A DNA stretch of 64,000 nucleotides, taken from the NCBI GenBank assembly GCA_028289135.1, contig JAQGGW010000005.1, positions 139,219 to 203,218 of the forward strand, given 5' to 3'. The translations under genes and the position numbers were made by a program. The stretch is from Candidatus Saccharimonadota bacterium (GTDB lineage Bacteria; Patescibacteriota; Saccharimonadia; Saccharimonadales; JACDBH01). Below the pieces are notes generated by a model that saw only the letters and a list, made by a program, of their open reading frames with translations, ran no database searches and was not told the DNA's origin. Of this stretch, positions 18,581 to 28,824 are shown piece by piece. Each line of letters starts with the position of its first letter. The stretch's first letter is position 1.

Positions 18581-18616
18581 CGAGTGCCAATTAGCAGATG
18601 TATAGTAATAAGCACT

Positions 18617-19225
18617 ATGAATATATCTTCTTCCACCCCATCAAATATGCTAATCCCAACAGTTATCGAATCCGAAGGCCGTATGGAGCGCGCCTACGAT
18701 ATTTACTCACGTCTGTTAAAAGACCGCATAATCTTTATGGGCGAAGATGTTAACCCGCACACCGCAAACCTTATCGTTGCCCAGCTACTTTTCCTGGACA
18801 ATACTAGCAGCACCGAACCAATCCACTTTTATATCAATAGCCCCGGCGGCTCCGTCTATGACGCACTCGCCATCTATGACACTATGCAGTTTGTGAAAGC
18901 CCCTGTGCACACCTACGGCATTGGAATGCAGGCATCAGCAGCGGCATTTTTGTTAAGCTCAGGCGAAAAGGGCAAGCGTTACGTATTGCCGCATTCGACT
19001 GTCATGATCCACCAGCCAAGCAGCGGCACCCGCGGTAAGGTAACCGACCAAGAAATTGACCTAAAAGAATCACTTCGCGTTAAGCATTTACTTGAAGAAA
19101 TTATGGCAAAAAACACTGGCCAAAAACCAGCCAAGATCCACGAAGACATGGAACGCGACAAATGGCTCAGCGCCGATGAAGCCAAAACTTACGGTCTTGT
19201 CGACAAAGTCATCCAAAAGCTTTAG
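18617..19225 (+). CDS. clpP: ATP-dependent Clp protease proteolytic subunit
   Basis: IPTVIE...ERAYDIYSRLLKDRIIFMG, active-site blocks GMQASAAAFLL and MIHQP. Start is ATG 18617 or 18647. Confidence 0.93.
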   Translation: MNISSSTPSNMLIPTVIESEGRMERAYDIYSRLLKDRIIFMGEDVNPHTANLIVAQLLFLDNTSSTEPIHFYINSPGGSVYDALAIYDTMQFVKAPVHTYGIGMQASAAAFLLSSGEKGKRYVLPHSTVMIHQPSSGTRGKVTDQEIDLKESLRVKHLLEEIMAKNTGQKPAKIHEDMERDKWLSADEAKTYGLVDKVIQKL

Positions 19226-19232
19226 ACATAAG

Positions 19233-19260
19233 TTAGTAATACTGTCTAAAAGACTATATT
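19233..19260 (+). promoter_or_regulatory. sigma70-type promoter TTAGTA-N16-TATATT
   Basis: -35 at 19233-19238, -10 at 19255-19260. ATG 19269 follows 8 nt later, so the transcript is probably leaderless. Confidence 0.5.
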
Positions 19261-19268
19261 CTATAGTA

Positions 19269-19964
19269 ATGGCTGAGAGAGTTACGTATACACTTGAAAC
19301 AGGCGGTGAGGTTATATTTTTCGATAATATTTTTGGGGAGCACCTAGGCTCTGAACAAGCATCCGCACAAGGTCAGGCGCTCAGGGCGCTGCTAGAAGAT
19401 AGCTATGGCGCAAAACCATATATACAGATAAGGGAACCAGTGTTTTCGGCGCCCGACTTTATTACCGAACAGCTAGAAAGGCTACATGACAACTCCCATC
19501 AAGGGTGGGCTGCCAGAACCGGTACGTTGGGCACGGCATATGATGTTCTGTTTATGTCCAAACAAGTACCTGCTGGGGAAAGTACAAAATTTCAGAGGAC
19601 TATGTTTGAGCCTGTGGAAGTTCTGGGAGGTAGAGTTAGTGAGCATAAGGTAGCAGCGGCGGGAGTGCTGTATCTTGCTTTAGCAACTTCTGAAGTCCCG
19701 AGCGAGGAAGAAAGTTTAAACTTGTCAGATGCGGAAAAAAGAGCGCGGCGTAGAGTACAAATAAGAGTCGATGACGGTGCTCCGGGAGATCGTAGATGGC
19801 TTGAGGCCATTGGTTTTGAATTTCAAGGTTTCAGACCACATAATAGCCGAGGCGAAGAAGATAAGTATGGCGCGCAGGTTTTTGGGGCGTACAGCCCAAT
19901 CGATGTTCGTGAAAAGATCCTTAGTGTATATCCAGAAATCGGTAATCTTCAACAAAATATATAA
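19269..19964 (+). CDS. hypothetical protein (231 aa, ORFan)
   Basis: Internal ATG of ORF 19092..19964, chosen because the upstream part overlaps clpP. No recognisable motif. Confidence 0.5.
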   Translation: MAERVTYTLETGGEVIFFDNIFGEHLGSEQASAQGQALRALLEDSYGAKPYIQIREPVFSAPDFITEQLERLHDNSHQGWAARTGTLGTAYDVLFMSKQVPAGESTKFQRTMFEPVEVLGGRVSEHKVAAAGVLYLALATSEVPSEEESLNLSDAEKRARRRVQIRVDDGAPGDRRWLEAIGFEFQGFRPHNSRGEEDKYGAQVFGAYSPIDVREKILSVYPEIGNLQQNI

Positions 19965-20051
19965 CGTTTAGATTAGTCCTAGAAGATTAGCACAAAGTAG
20001 ACAAAGTCATTAAAAAATTATAAAGTCTAGAAAACTTCATAAGGAGGCATC

Positions 20052-20411
20052 ATGGCGGCAGAATCATACGATATTAGTTTTAAGATAAGAGAAGTTAATA
20101 GTAATGTGACTTACTTGGAGATAGAGGTTGTTCCGCCTGTTTCTGAGACAACCCTCAAGAAGCTTTTTAGCGTTGCAGAAAGTAGCCTTCGCGGGCAGTG
20201 TAGCGTTCTCAGTATGCCTACAATTGCTGAAAACAGCCTTAGCTCATTCGGAGTAGCGCAAATCATTAACCCTGCTTCAGGACATGCTGAAGTTAAAACT
20301 GAAAAACAGAGTTTTATTAATGATATAAAATATTCCTTGTCTCCAACTGGTATGGTAGACACAAACATAGTAGCTTGTGATATTAAGTTATTGGAAGGGC
20401 AGATTGCGTAA
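20052..20411 (+). CDS. hypothetical protein (119 aa, ORFan)
   Basis: Strong SD AAGGAGG 5 nt upstream. AT-rich codons. No recognisable motif. Confidence 0.5.
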   Translation: MAAESYDISFKIREVNSNVTYLEIEVVPPVSETTLKKLFSVAESSLRGQCSVLSMPTIAENSLSSFGVAQIINPASGHAEVKTEKQSFINDIKYSLSPTGMVDTNIVACDIKLLEGQIA

Positions 20412-20424
20412 TAGATTTTAAAGC

Positions 20425-20453
20425 TTGACATTTATCTTTTAGTTCCTCACAAT
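20425..20453 (+). promoter_or_regulatory. sigma70-type promoter TTGACA-N17-CACAAT upstream of rpoB
   Basis: -35 at 20425-20430, -10 at 20448-20453. Followed by a ~185-nt leader containing hairpin TTCAGGC...GCCTGAA. Confidence 0.55.
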
Positions 20454-20639
20454 AGACCCTTAAGAAGTAGTAATGACGCGGCGTATTTAAGTTGTCTCAC
20501 AATTTTTATAAAAAATGCCATCGTCTAGGTAGCTTCGGCCGACAAAAACTGCAGTAATACAAAAATACAACAATTATCATCATTTCAGGCGGCCTGTTCT
20601 ATTCTAGTGGCCTGAATCATAAACGGAGTTCAACAAAGC

Positions 20640-23600
20640 ATGGCGAAAGCAACCGTTAAATCTGACCCACGTGGCAAGCGCGTGTATTTTACTAAAGTCG
20701 ATGATGTTTTGGATATGCCAAACCTCGTTGATCACCAGAACAAATCATTCCAATGGTTTGTAGACGAAGGCCTTGGGGAGCTTCTTGCTGAAGTCAGCCC
20801 AATCGACGACTACACTGGCGGCAAATTATCACTTACCTTCAAGGGCTACCACTTTGAAGAGCCAAAGATCACCGAATCTGAAGCTCGAGAGAACAACGTT
20901 AGCTACGACGTGCCATTAAAGGCAGTTGTTGAGCTAACAAACAAAGTTACTGGTGAGATCAAAGAGTCCGAAATCTACTTGGGCGACTACCCATGGATGA
21001 CTAAGCGCGGTACCTTTATCATTAACGGCGCGGAACGTGTTGTTGTATCCCAGCTGATCCGTTCGGCTGGAGTGTTCTTTACATCTGAACAACATGGCCT
21101 TAACAAGCTCTACGGAGCCAAGGTTATCCCTGGCCGTGGCGCATGGCTCGAATTTGAGACCGCCGCTGCAGGCGCTCTCTACGTTAAGATCGACCGAAAG
21201 CGAAAAATTGCTGTTACCACATTACTAAAAGCTCTTGGTATGACCGAAGCTCAGATCAAAGATGCATTTAAGCACGTTGACCAAGGCAAGCTAAACTACA
21301 TCGAGACAACATTGGATAAGGACCCATCTAAGGGTTCAAACGAAGCCTTGATCGAAGTCTATCGCCGTTTGCGCCCAGGTGACCTCGCGACCGTTGATAA
21401 TGCCCGAAGTTTGCTTGAAAACATGTTCTATAACTACAAGCGCTTTGACTTTAGCCGCGTTGGCCGCTACAAAATCAACAAGCGTCTTAACTTGGACGTT
21501 CCAAATGTGGCCGAAAACCGCGTTATGCGCCTTGAAGACCTTATAGCCATCATTGCCGAAGTTATCCGCATGAACAACACTCAAGAAGCAGCTGACGATA
21601 TCGACAGCCTTGCTAACCGCCGTGTTAAATTGGTTGGCGAGCTTGTACAGCGCCAGTTCCGTATTGGTTTGCTACGCATGGAGCGCAATGCCAAGGACCG
21701 TATGAGCATGAGCGACATCGAAAACGTTTCCCCAGGCCAGCTCATTAACGCCCGCCCAATTGTGGCTGCCGTTCGTGAGTTTTTTGCTTCATCACAGCTA
21801 AGCCAGTTCATGGATCAGATTAACCCATTGTCTGAGCTAGCCCACAAGCGCCGCCTTAGCTCTATGGGACCTGGTGGACTATCCCGTGAACGCGCTGGAT
21901 TTGAAGTCCGTGATGCCCACGCAACCCACTACGGCCGTATATGCCCTGTGGAAACGCCTGAAGGCGCCAACATTGGCTTGGTGCTAAACCTTGCATCATA
22001 TGCCCGTATTAACGACTATGGTTTTATTGAAACTCCGTACCGCCGTGTTGTTAACGCTGCGACCGCCAAAGACATTGTTGGCCATGTTGCCGGCGCTGAT
22101 TTGGAAGTAAACGGCAAAGTAGTTGTGAAAGCTGGTAAATTTGTTACCGCCGAGGACGCTAAAAAGCTAGCAACCGTTAAAGATCAGGTTACTTGGCCAG
22201 TTAAGGCCCGCGCATCCAAAGATGTTGTCTATATGGACGCATCCGAAGAAGAGCACGCGATTATTGCCAGTGCCGGTAGTGAGATCGACGAAGATGGCTA
22301 TTTCATTGACGAACGTCTTCCAGCCCGCCGTTTCTTGGTTGCCGCCGAAGTTGGCGCCGACGAAGTTACGCATGTTGATGCCGCCCGCCGCCAGGTGATC
22401 GGTTCCAGCGCAGGCTTGATTCCGTTTATTGAAAAGAACTATGTCTACCGAAGTTTGATGGGTAGTAACCAGCAGCGCCAAGCCGTGCCGCTAATCTCCC
22501 CGCAGAGCCCGATTGTTGGTACAGGTTTCGAAGGTACAGCAGCGCGCAACACCGGCCAGCTGATTGTGGCCGAAGGCGAAGGCGAAGTTGTGCAGGCCGA
22601 AGGCGCCCAGGTTACCGTTAAGTATACTGACGGCCAAAAAGTTGTCTACGAACCGTTGCACTTTGTGCGCTCTAACGAAGGCACCAGCATAAACCAAAAA
22701 GTTGTTGTTGCCACCGGTGACAAGGTTAAAATGGGTGATGTTTTGATCGAAGGTATGTCAGTCCAGGGCGAAGAACTCGCGCTTGGCAAGGACCTTGTCG
22801 TGGCATTTATGCCATGGAGCGGCTACAACTTTGAAGATGCGATCATTATTTCCCGCAAACTTGTCGAAAACGACACATTGACCAGCATTAACATTGTTGA
22901 CTATATGACCGAAGTCCGCGAGACAAAACTCGGGCCTGAAATCGTTACCCGCGACATCCCGAACGTATCAGAAGACGCTCTCCGCCACCTCGACGAAGAC
23001 GGTATTGTCCGCATTGGCGCCGAAGTCCATCCTGGCGACATCTTGGTTGGTAAGATTACGCCAAAGGGCGAACAGGAACTAAGCTCAGAAGAAAGACTGC
23101 TCCGCGCGATCTTTGGTGAAAAAGCCAAGGAAGTCCGCGATACTTCACAGCGTATGAGCAACGGCAAACACGGTAAGGTTGTGGGCGTAAAAGTCTTTAG
23201 CCGCCAGAATGGCCATGAACTTAAAGCCGGTGTTTTGATGCAAATCCAGGTTTTTGTGGCCCAAATGCGCAAGATCCAGGTCGGCGACAAGCTCGGTGGA
23301 CGCCACGGTAACAAGGGTGTTATTGCCCGTATTTTGCCAGAAGAAGATATGCCGTTTACCGAAGACGGTACGCCAGTTGATATCGTGCTCAACCCACTCG
23401 GTGTCCCAAGCCGTATGAACATCGGACAGCTGTTCGAAACCCACCTTGGTATGGCCGCACGAGCATTAGGCATGAAAGTTGCCAGCCCATCATTCAACGG
23501 TGTTCCAATCCAGAAAATCCAGGACCTTCTAAACGACGCTGGTTTGCCGCGCGATGGCAAGCAGCAGCTGTTTGACGGCCGCACCGGCGACGCATTTAAA

Positions 23601-24212
23601 GAGCGCACCACTGTTGGAAGCATGTACATGATTAAGCTAAACCACATGGTTACCGATAAGATTCACGCCCGCTCAACTGGTCCATACACCATGGTTACCC
23701 AGCAGCCACTCGGCGGTAAGGCACAAAACGGCGGCCAACGCTTTGGGGAGATGGAAGTTTGGGCTTTGGAAGCTTATGGCGCCAGCAACACTTTGCAGGA
23801 AATGCTTACTATTAAGTCAGACGACGTTTACGGACGTTCAAAGGCCTACGAAAGCATCATCAAGGGTACCGAAATTGTTGGGCCGAAGGTTCCAGAAAGC
23901 TTTAACGTGCTTGTGAAAGAACTTCAAGGCTTGTCACTTAAGGTTGACCTGCTTGATCTGCACACCAACAAATTGATCGATGCCGAACAAATTTTGGCCG
24001 AAAACATCAAGGACGAAGCAATGCACGGTGTTGAAATTGAAGTAGCACCGGTTGAGCTTGATATGGAAGAAATTACCGAAGAAACTATTGAAAATGAATT
24101 CATGACCGTTGGAGACGACGACAATTTGGACGGCGACGGCGTAGCTGTTACCGCGACCGATGACGATGGAGATGACACGACAACAGACGACAACGATGGG
24201 GAGGAAGCATAA
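20640..24212 (+). CDS. rpoB: DNA-directed RNA polymerase subunit beta
   Basis: 1190 aa, collinear with bacterial RpoB. Ends in an acidic tail (DDDNLDGDG...DDDGDDTTTDDNDGEEA). Confidence 0.97.
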   Translation: MAKATVKSDPRGKRVYFTKVDDVLDMPNLVDHQNKSFQWFVDEGLGELLAEVSPIDDYTGGKLSLTFKGYHFEEPKITESEARENNVSYDVPLKAVVELTNKVTGEIKESEIYLGDYPWMTKRGTFIINGAERVVVSQLIRSAGVFFTSEQHGLNKLYGAKVIPGRGAWLEFETAAAGALYVKIDRKRKIAVTTLLKALGMTEAQIKDAFKHVDQGKLNYIETTLDKDPSKGSNEALIEVYRRLRPGDLATVDNARSLLENMFYNYKRFDFSRVGRYKINKRLNLDVPNVAENRVMRLEDLIAIIAEVIRMNNTQEAADDIDSLANRRVKLVGELVQRQFRIGLLRMERNAKDRMSMSDIENVSPGQLINARPIVAAVREFFASSQLSQFMDQINPLSELAHKRRLSSMGPGGLSRERAGFEVRDAHATHYGRICPVETPEGANIGLVLNLASYARINDYGFIETPYRRVVNAATAKDIVGHVAGADLEVNGKVVVKAGKFVTAEDAKKLATVKDQVTWPVKARASKDVVYMDASEEEHAIIASAGSEIDEDGYFIDERLPARRFLVAAEVGADEVTHVDAARRQVIGSSAGLIPFIEKNYVYRSLMGSNQQRQAVPLISPQSPIVGTGFEGTAARNTGQLIVAEGEGEVVQAEGAQVTVKYTDGQKVVYEPLHFVRSNEGTSINQKVVVATGDKVKMGDVLIEGMSVQGEELALGKDLVVAFMPWSGYNFEDAIIISRKLVENDTLTSINIVDYMTEVRETKLGPEIVTRDIPNVSEDALRHLDEDGIVRIGAEVHPGDILVGKITPKGEQELSSEERLLRAIFGEKAKEVRDTSQRMSNGKHGKVVGVKVFSRQNGHELKAGVLMQIQVFVAQMRKIQVGDKLGGRHGNKGVIARILPEEDMPFTEDGTPVDIVLNPLGVPSRMNIGQLFETHLGMAARALGMKVASPSFNGVPIQKIQDLLNDAGLPRDGKQQLFDGRTGDAFKERTTVGSMYMIKLNHMVTDKIHARSTGPYTMVTQQPLGGKAQNGGQRFGEMEVWALEAYGASNTLQEMLTIKSDDVYGRSKAYESIIKGTEIVGPKVPESFNVLVKELQGLSLKVDLLDLHTNKLIDAEQILAENIKDEAMHGVEIEVAPVELDMEEITEETIENEFMTVGDDDNLDGDGVAVTATDDDGDDTTTDDNDGEEA

Positions 24213-24214
24213 AA

Positions 24215-27200
24215 ATGAGAAAATTTAACTACGGCACAAACATTGCTGATTTTGACGCGGTACGCTTGGCAGTTGCATCACCAGAAGACATTTTGGACTG
24301 GAGCTACGGCGAAGTAACCAAGCCAGAAACAATCAACTACCGCACACAGAAGCCTGAACGCGACGGTTTGTTTTGTGAGAGAATATTCGGACCGGTCAAG
24401 GACATTAACCCACACGACGCTAAATACAAAGGCCTAAGAAGCCGTGAAGCCGCAGTCGACAAAAACGGTGAACTTGTTACCCGTTCTATCGTCCGACGCG
24501 AACGCATGGCGCACATTACGCTTGCAACACCTGTAGCCCACATCTGGTTCCTCCGTGGGACTCCTTCAGCTATTGGTTTGTTACTTGGTATGACCGTTAA
24601 GAACCTTGAGCGCGTTGCATATTTTGCCAGCTACATTATTAAGAGTGTAGACACAGTAAAGCGCGACGCGTTACTTGGCGACAAAGAAGCTGAATTTGCA
24701 GCCGCAAAAGAAGCCATAAAGATCCGCTACGAAGCAGAAGCCGCTAAGGAAGACGCTAATGTTAAGGCTTTGGCCGAAATGCAGACCAAAGAGCTCGAAG
24801 AAGTTACCGTTGACTTTGAAACTGTTAAAGAACAGCTTTCAAACCTTGAAAAACTGCGTTTGCTCAGCGAGTCTGACTACCGTGGCCTTCCAGATGACCT
24901 TCGTAAGCTCATCACTGTTGGAATGGGTGGAAACGCTCTTAAAGACCTTTTGGTTGAAATTGAGCTAAAAGACCTGATTGCCGAGCTAAACACCGAGGCC
25001 GAAGAAGCCAAGGGTCAGCGTCGTAAGAAGATCATGAAGCGCCTTCGTTTGCTCGAAAGCATGCACAATGCCGGCATTAAGCCATCAAGCATGTGTGTAT
25101 CTGTTTTGCCGGTCATTCCTCCAGATCTTCGCCCTATGGTGCAGCTAACTGGTGGCCGTTTTGCCACATCTGACATGAATGACCTTTACCGCCGTGTCAT
25201 TAACCGTAACAACCGCCTTAAGAAGCTCATGGATCTTAACGCTCCAGAAGTAATCCGCCGCAACGAGCAGCGTATGCTCCAAGAAGCCGTTGATGCCTTG
25301 ATTGATAACAACTCCGCCCGTTCTGGCCGTGCTGTTGCCGCAACTGGCCAGCGCCGCCGCTTAAAGAGCCTTTCTGACCTTCTAAAGGGCAAACAGGGCC
25401 GTTTCCGCCAGAACCTTTTGGGTAAGCGCGTTGACTACTCTGGACGCTCCGTTATTGTTGCCGGACCTGAGCTAAAGATCAGCCAGTGTGGCTTGCCTAA
25501 AATGATGGCGCTTGAACTGTTTAAGCCGTTCATTATCGGTAACCTCATCGCCAATGACTACGCACACAACATTAGAAGCGCTACCCGCATGATCGAAACT
25601 GGTGAAATCGAAGTCTGGGACGCACTCGATGAAGTAATTAAGGGTAAATACGTTCTTTTGAACCGTGCCCCATCTCTTCACCGTTTGTCTATCCAGGCAT
25701 TTATGCCAGTGTTGATCGAAGGCCGCGCTATCCAGCTGCACCCACTCGTCTGTAAGGGCTTTAACGCCGACTTCGACGGTGACCAGATGGCCGTGCACCT
25801 TCCGCTCAGCGATGCTGCCCAGGATGAAGCCAAGAACATCATGGCTGCTAACAAGAACCTTTTGAAGCCAGCTGATGGCTCACCAATCTTGCACATCGAA
25901 CAAGACATTGTGCTTGGCTGTTACTACCTAACCTACGACCGCCCAGGAAACAAGAGCACCAAGAAGAGCTTTACCAGCCTTGAAGAAGCGCTTATGGCGT
26001 TTGAAAACAAAAGCTTGCAGCTTCAGGACTATGTCCGTTTGAACTTCCGTGGCACAATGCGCGAAACAACGCTTGGCCGTGTGCTATTTAACGAAATTTT
26101 CCCAGAAGACTTCCCATTCCAGGACGAAGCAATGACCAAAAAGAAGCTATCTGGAGTTATGGCACTTGCATACCAGCAATACGGCCAAGATAAAACTGCC
26201 GAGATTGCCGATGACCTAAAGGACATAGGTTTTGAATACGCGACAATGTCTGGCCTTTCAATGGGTATGGACGACTTCTCAGAAATTAAGGGCCTTGAAG
26301 GCATTCTTGAAAAGGGTGACGACCGTTCTGCAGAAATTAGCGACCAGTTTGAACAAGGTTTCATTACTGACGAAGAGCGCTACCGTTTGACAGTTGAAAC
26401 ATGGCAAGGAGTGGTTGGAACCGTGCAAAAGACTTTGAGCGACCAGTTCTCATCCGAAGACAGTTCTATGTCCATCGCCGTAGTCTCTGGCGCCCGTGGT
26501 AACATCGGCCAGGTTATGACCGCCGTTGGTATGCTTGGTGTTACAACCGATGCTACCGGTAAGGCGATTGAGCTACCGATTAAGAGCAACTATAAGGGTG
26601 GTTTGACATCGCTTGAATACTTTACAGCCACTCGTGGTGCGCGTAAGGGTATGATCGACACCGCGCTAAAGACCGCTGACTCAGGCTATTTGACCCGCCG
26701 CTTGGTTGATGTCTCTCAAGACGTCTTCACCATTGAGGACGAAGTTGAGGATCCAGGTTTTGCAATCTACCGTTCTGACTCCGAAGAAATCGGTGTTAGC
26801 TACGCTTCACGTCTCCAGGGACGTTTTGCCGCCGAAGATATTGCTAAGTACGTTAAAAAAGGCGAGCTCATTACGCTGGCCATTGCTACCCAGATTGATG
26901 CCGATGCTACTCTTGACGGTGTTAAGATCCTCAGCGTCCTTAGCGCAGCTACCGCCCGCGGTATCCCCGCTAAGAGTTACGGCCTTGACCCAGCTACTGG
27001 ACGTTTGGTCGCGTCACGCCACCCAGTTGGTGTCATTGCTGCCCAGTCCATTGGTGAGCCGGGTACTCAGCTGACCCTCAAGACCTTCCACAGTGGTGGT
27101 GTTGCCGGTGCTGATATTACAACCGGTTTGCCTCGTGTCGAAGAGTTGTTCGAAGTCCGCGCACCAAAGGGTGAAGCCTATGTTTCTGAAGTTTCCGGTG

Positions 27201-28030
27201 TTGTTACTGCCTTCGAAGAGGGTGAACACTATGTTGTTACAGTAACCAGCGACGAAGTCGAAAGCGTTAAGCTCAAACTAGACGGCCGCACTGTTAAGGT
27301 AGCATCAGGTTCAGACATTGCCATTGGTGATGTTATTGCCGAAAACGCTAAGGGTGCAGATCCATTGATTGCACCAATTGCCGGCAAGATTGACCTAACT
27401 GACAAAACTGTAACAATTAGCCCAGCTAAGCAAGCAGTTGAGCGTTACGAAATCCCAGCATTCAAGCAAATTGTTGTCAAAGACGGCGACAAAGTTGTTG
27501 CCGGACAGAGACTGACCAACGGTTCAATTAACCTCCATGACCTAATGCGTCTCCAGGGTGTAGAGCAAACACAACGCTACATCATGAACGAAATTCTTCG
27601 TATCTTTGCTTCACAGGGCCAGAACATTGCCGACAAGCACCTTGAAATCATAGTGCGCCAGATGTTTGGCCGTGTCCAGATCGAAGATGCTGGCGACAGC
27701 GAACTGGTTAACGGTGACGTTGCTTCTAAGCAAGCAATCTTGGTTCTTAACGAAGAACTCGTTAAAGCTAAGCGTAACCCTGTCCAGTACAACCAGTTAC
27801 TCCTTGGTATCACCAAGGCCAGCCTTTCAACTGACTCGTTCCTTAGCGCCGCAAGCTTCCAGGACACCACCCGTGTCTTGATTGCAGCCGCAACCAGTGG
27901 TAAGGTGGATAACCTCTACGGATTGAAGGAAAACGTTATCCTGGGTCGCCGTATCCCTGTGGGTACCGGTGCAAGATATACGGACGAAGAAGCTGCACGC
28001 GCAGATGCACTCGTAGAAGCAAACGTATAG
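24215..28030 (+). CDS. rpoC: DNA-directed RNA polymerase subunit beta'
   Basis: 1271 aa. Catalytic NADFDGDQM motif. Starts 2 nt after the rpoB stop. Confidence 0.97.
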   Translation: MRKFNYGTNIADFDAVRLAVASPEDILDWSYGEVTKPETINYRTQKPERDGLFCERIFGPVKDINPHDAKYKGLRSREAAVDKNGELVTRSIVRRERMAHITLATPVAHIWFLRGTPSAIGLLLGMTVKNLERVAYFASYIIKSVDTVKRDALLGDKEAEFAAAKEAIKIRYEAEAAKEDANVKALAEMQTKELEEVTVDFETVKEQLSNLEKLRLLSESDYRGLPDDLRKLITVGMGGNALKDLLVEIELKDLIAELNTEAEEAKGQRRKKIMKRLRLLESMHNAGIKPSSMCVSVLPVIPPDLRPMVQLTGGRFATSDMNDLYRRVINRNNRLKKLMDLNAPEVIRRNEQRMLQEAVDALIDNNSARSGRAVAATGQRRRLKSLSDLLKGKQGRFRQNLLGKRVDYSGRSVIVAGPELKISQCGLPKMMALELFKPFIIGNLIANDYAHNIRSATRMIETGEIEVWDALDEVIKGKYVLLNRAPSLHRLSIQAFMPVLIEGRAIQLHPLVCKGFNADFDGDQMAVHLPLSDAAQDEAKNIMAANKNLLKPADGSPILHIEQDIVLGCYYLTYDRPGNKSTKKSFTSLEEALMAFENKSLQLQDYVRLNFRGTMRETTLGRVLFNEIFPEDFPFQDEAMTKKKLSGVMALAYQQYGQDKTAEIADDLKDIGFEYATMSGLSMGMDDFSEIKGLEGILEKGDDRSAEISDQFEQGFITDEERYRLTVETWQGVVGTVQKTLSDQFSSEDSSMSIAVVSGARGNIGQVMTAVGMLGVTTDATGKAIELPIKSNYKGGLTSLEYFTATRGARKGMIDTALKTADSGYLTRRLVDVSQDVFTIEDEVEDPGFAIYRSDSEEIGVSYASRLQGRFAAEDIAKYVKKGELITLAIATQIDADATLDGVKILSVLSAATARGIPAKSYGLDPATGRLVASRHPVGVIAAQSIGEPGTQLTLKTFHSGGVAGADITTGLPRVEELFEVRAPKGEAYVSEVSGVVTAFEEGEHYVVTVTSDEVESVKLKLDGRTVKVASGSDIAIGDVIAENAKGADPLIAPIAGKIDLTDKTVTISPAKQAVERYEIPAFKQIVVKDGDKVVAGQRLTNGSINLHDLMRLQGVEQTQRYIMNEILRIFASQGQNIADKHLEIIVRQMFGRVQIEDAGDSELVNGDVASKQAILVLNEELVKAKRNPVQYNQLLLGITKASLSTDSFLSAASFQDTTRVLIAAATSGKVDNLYGLKENVILGRRIPVGTGARYTDEEAARADALVEANV

Positions 28031-28044
28031 CAGTAGAGAGTAGC

Positions 28045-28073
28045 TTGCGTAAGCAGTTACAATCTGTTAAAAT
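28045..28073 (+). promoter_or_regulatory. promoter TTGCGT-N17-TAAAAT (extended TG) of the rpsL unit
   Basis: AGCTTGCGTAA...ATCTGTTAAAAT. -35 at 28045-28050, -10 at 28068-28073. Followed by a ~113-nt structured leader (GTGGAG...CTCCAC). Confidence 0.65.
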
Positions 28074-28186
28074 CTAGGAAGAGTTTAAGTGTAGTGGAGT
28101 GTTTCGTGCTGAAATGCTCCACTGCGCGACTACATTTAATAACGCAGGCTTGGATCTAATCCACCCCTGTAATTTGGAGAAATAAG

Positions 28187-28600
28187 TTGCCAACAATTAA
28201 CCAGCTCGTTCGCAATGGACGCCACAGCACGCATCAGAAGACCAAGAGTCCTGCTTTGCAGCGCGTTACTAACAGCCTTAAGACTAAGTCATACGAAAAG
28301 CCAGCGCCATTTAAGCGCGGTGTTTGTATTAAAGTTACAACCAAGACACCCAAAAAGCCAAACTCAGCCCTCCGTAAAGTCGCCCGCGTTCGCTTGAACA
28401 ACGGCTACGAAGTCTGGGCATACATTGGCGGCGAAGGCCACAACCTTCAGGAACACGCCGTAGTGCTTGTCCGTGGTGGCCGTGTGCCCGATTTGCCAGG
28501 TGTTCGTTATCACATAGTTAGAGGCAGCCTTGACCTTCAGGGTGTTGCCAACCGCAAGCGCAGCCGTTCAAAGTACGGTGCCAAGAAAGACAGTAAATAA
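28187..28600 (+). CDS. rpsL: 30S ribosomal protein S12
   Basis: 137 aa, [12 protein letters not shown]... TTG start, SD GGAG. Confidence 0.96.
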   Translation: MPTINQLVRNGRHSTHQKTKSPALQRVTNSLKTKSYEKPAPFKRGVCIKVTTKTPKKPNSALRKVARVRLNNGYEVWAYIGGEGHNLQEHAVVLVRGGRVPDLPGVRYHIVRGSLDLQGVANRKRSRSKYGAKKDSK

Positions 28601-28602
28601 TC

Positions 28603-28824
28603 ATGGGTGAAAGATTTGCCACTGATTTCGATATTGAAACTGGAGTTAACCGTAAAGAAACACCTATTATACAACCTGTAACTGATGGATTATTTGATCA
28701 AGCTGCATACGTTGAGGCTCTTGAACAAGGTAAAGCTCCAATAACAGCACGTCGTGCTGGTATCAATGCAGGGAGTGTCACAATGGCAGCGATTGTGACA
28801 GTAGAAGGAGTTCAAAATGCCTAG
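28603..28824 (+). CDS. hypothetical acidic micro-protein (73 aa) inserted between rpsL and rpsG
   Basis: ATG 2 nt after the rpsL stop. Its last codons contain the rpsG SD (GAAGGAG), and its TAG lies inside rpsG codons 2-3 (ATGCCTAG). AGA/TTA/ATA codons. Confidence 0.5.
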   Translation: MGERFATDFDIETGVNRKETPIIQPVTDGLFDQAAYVEALEQGKAPITARRAGINAGSVTMAAIVTVEGVQNA

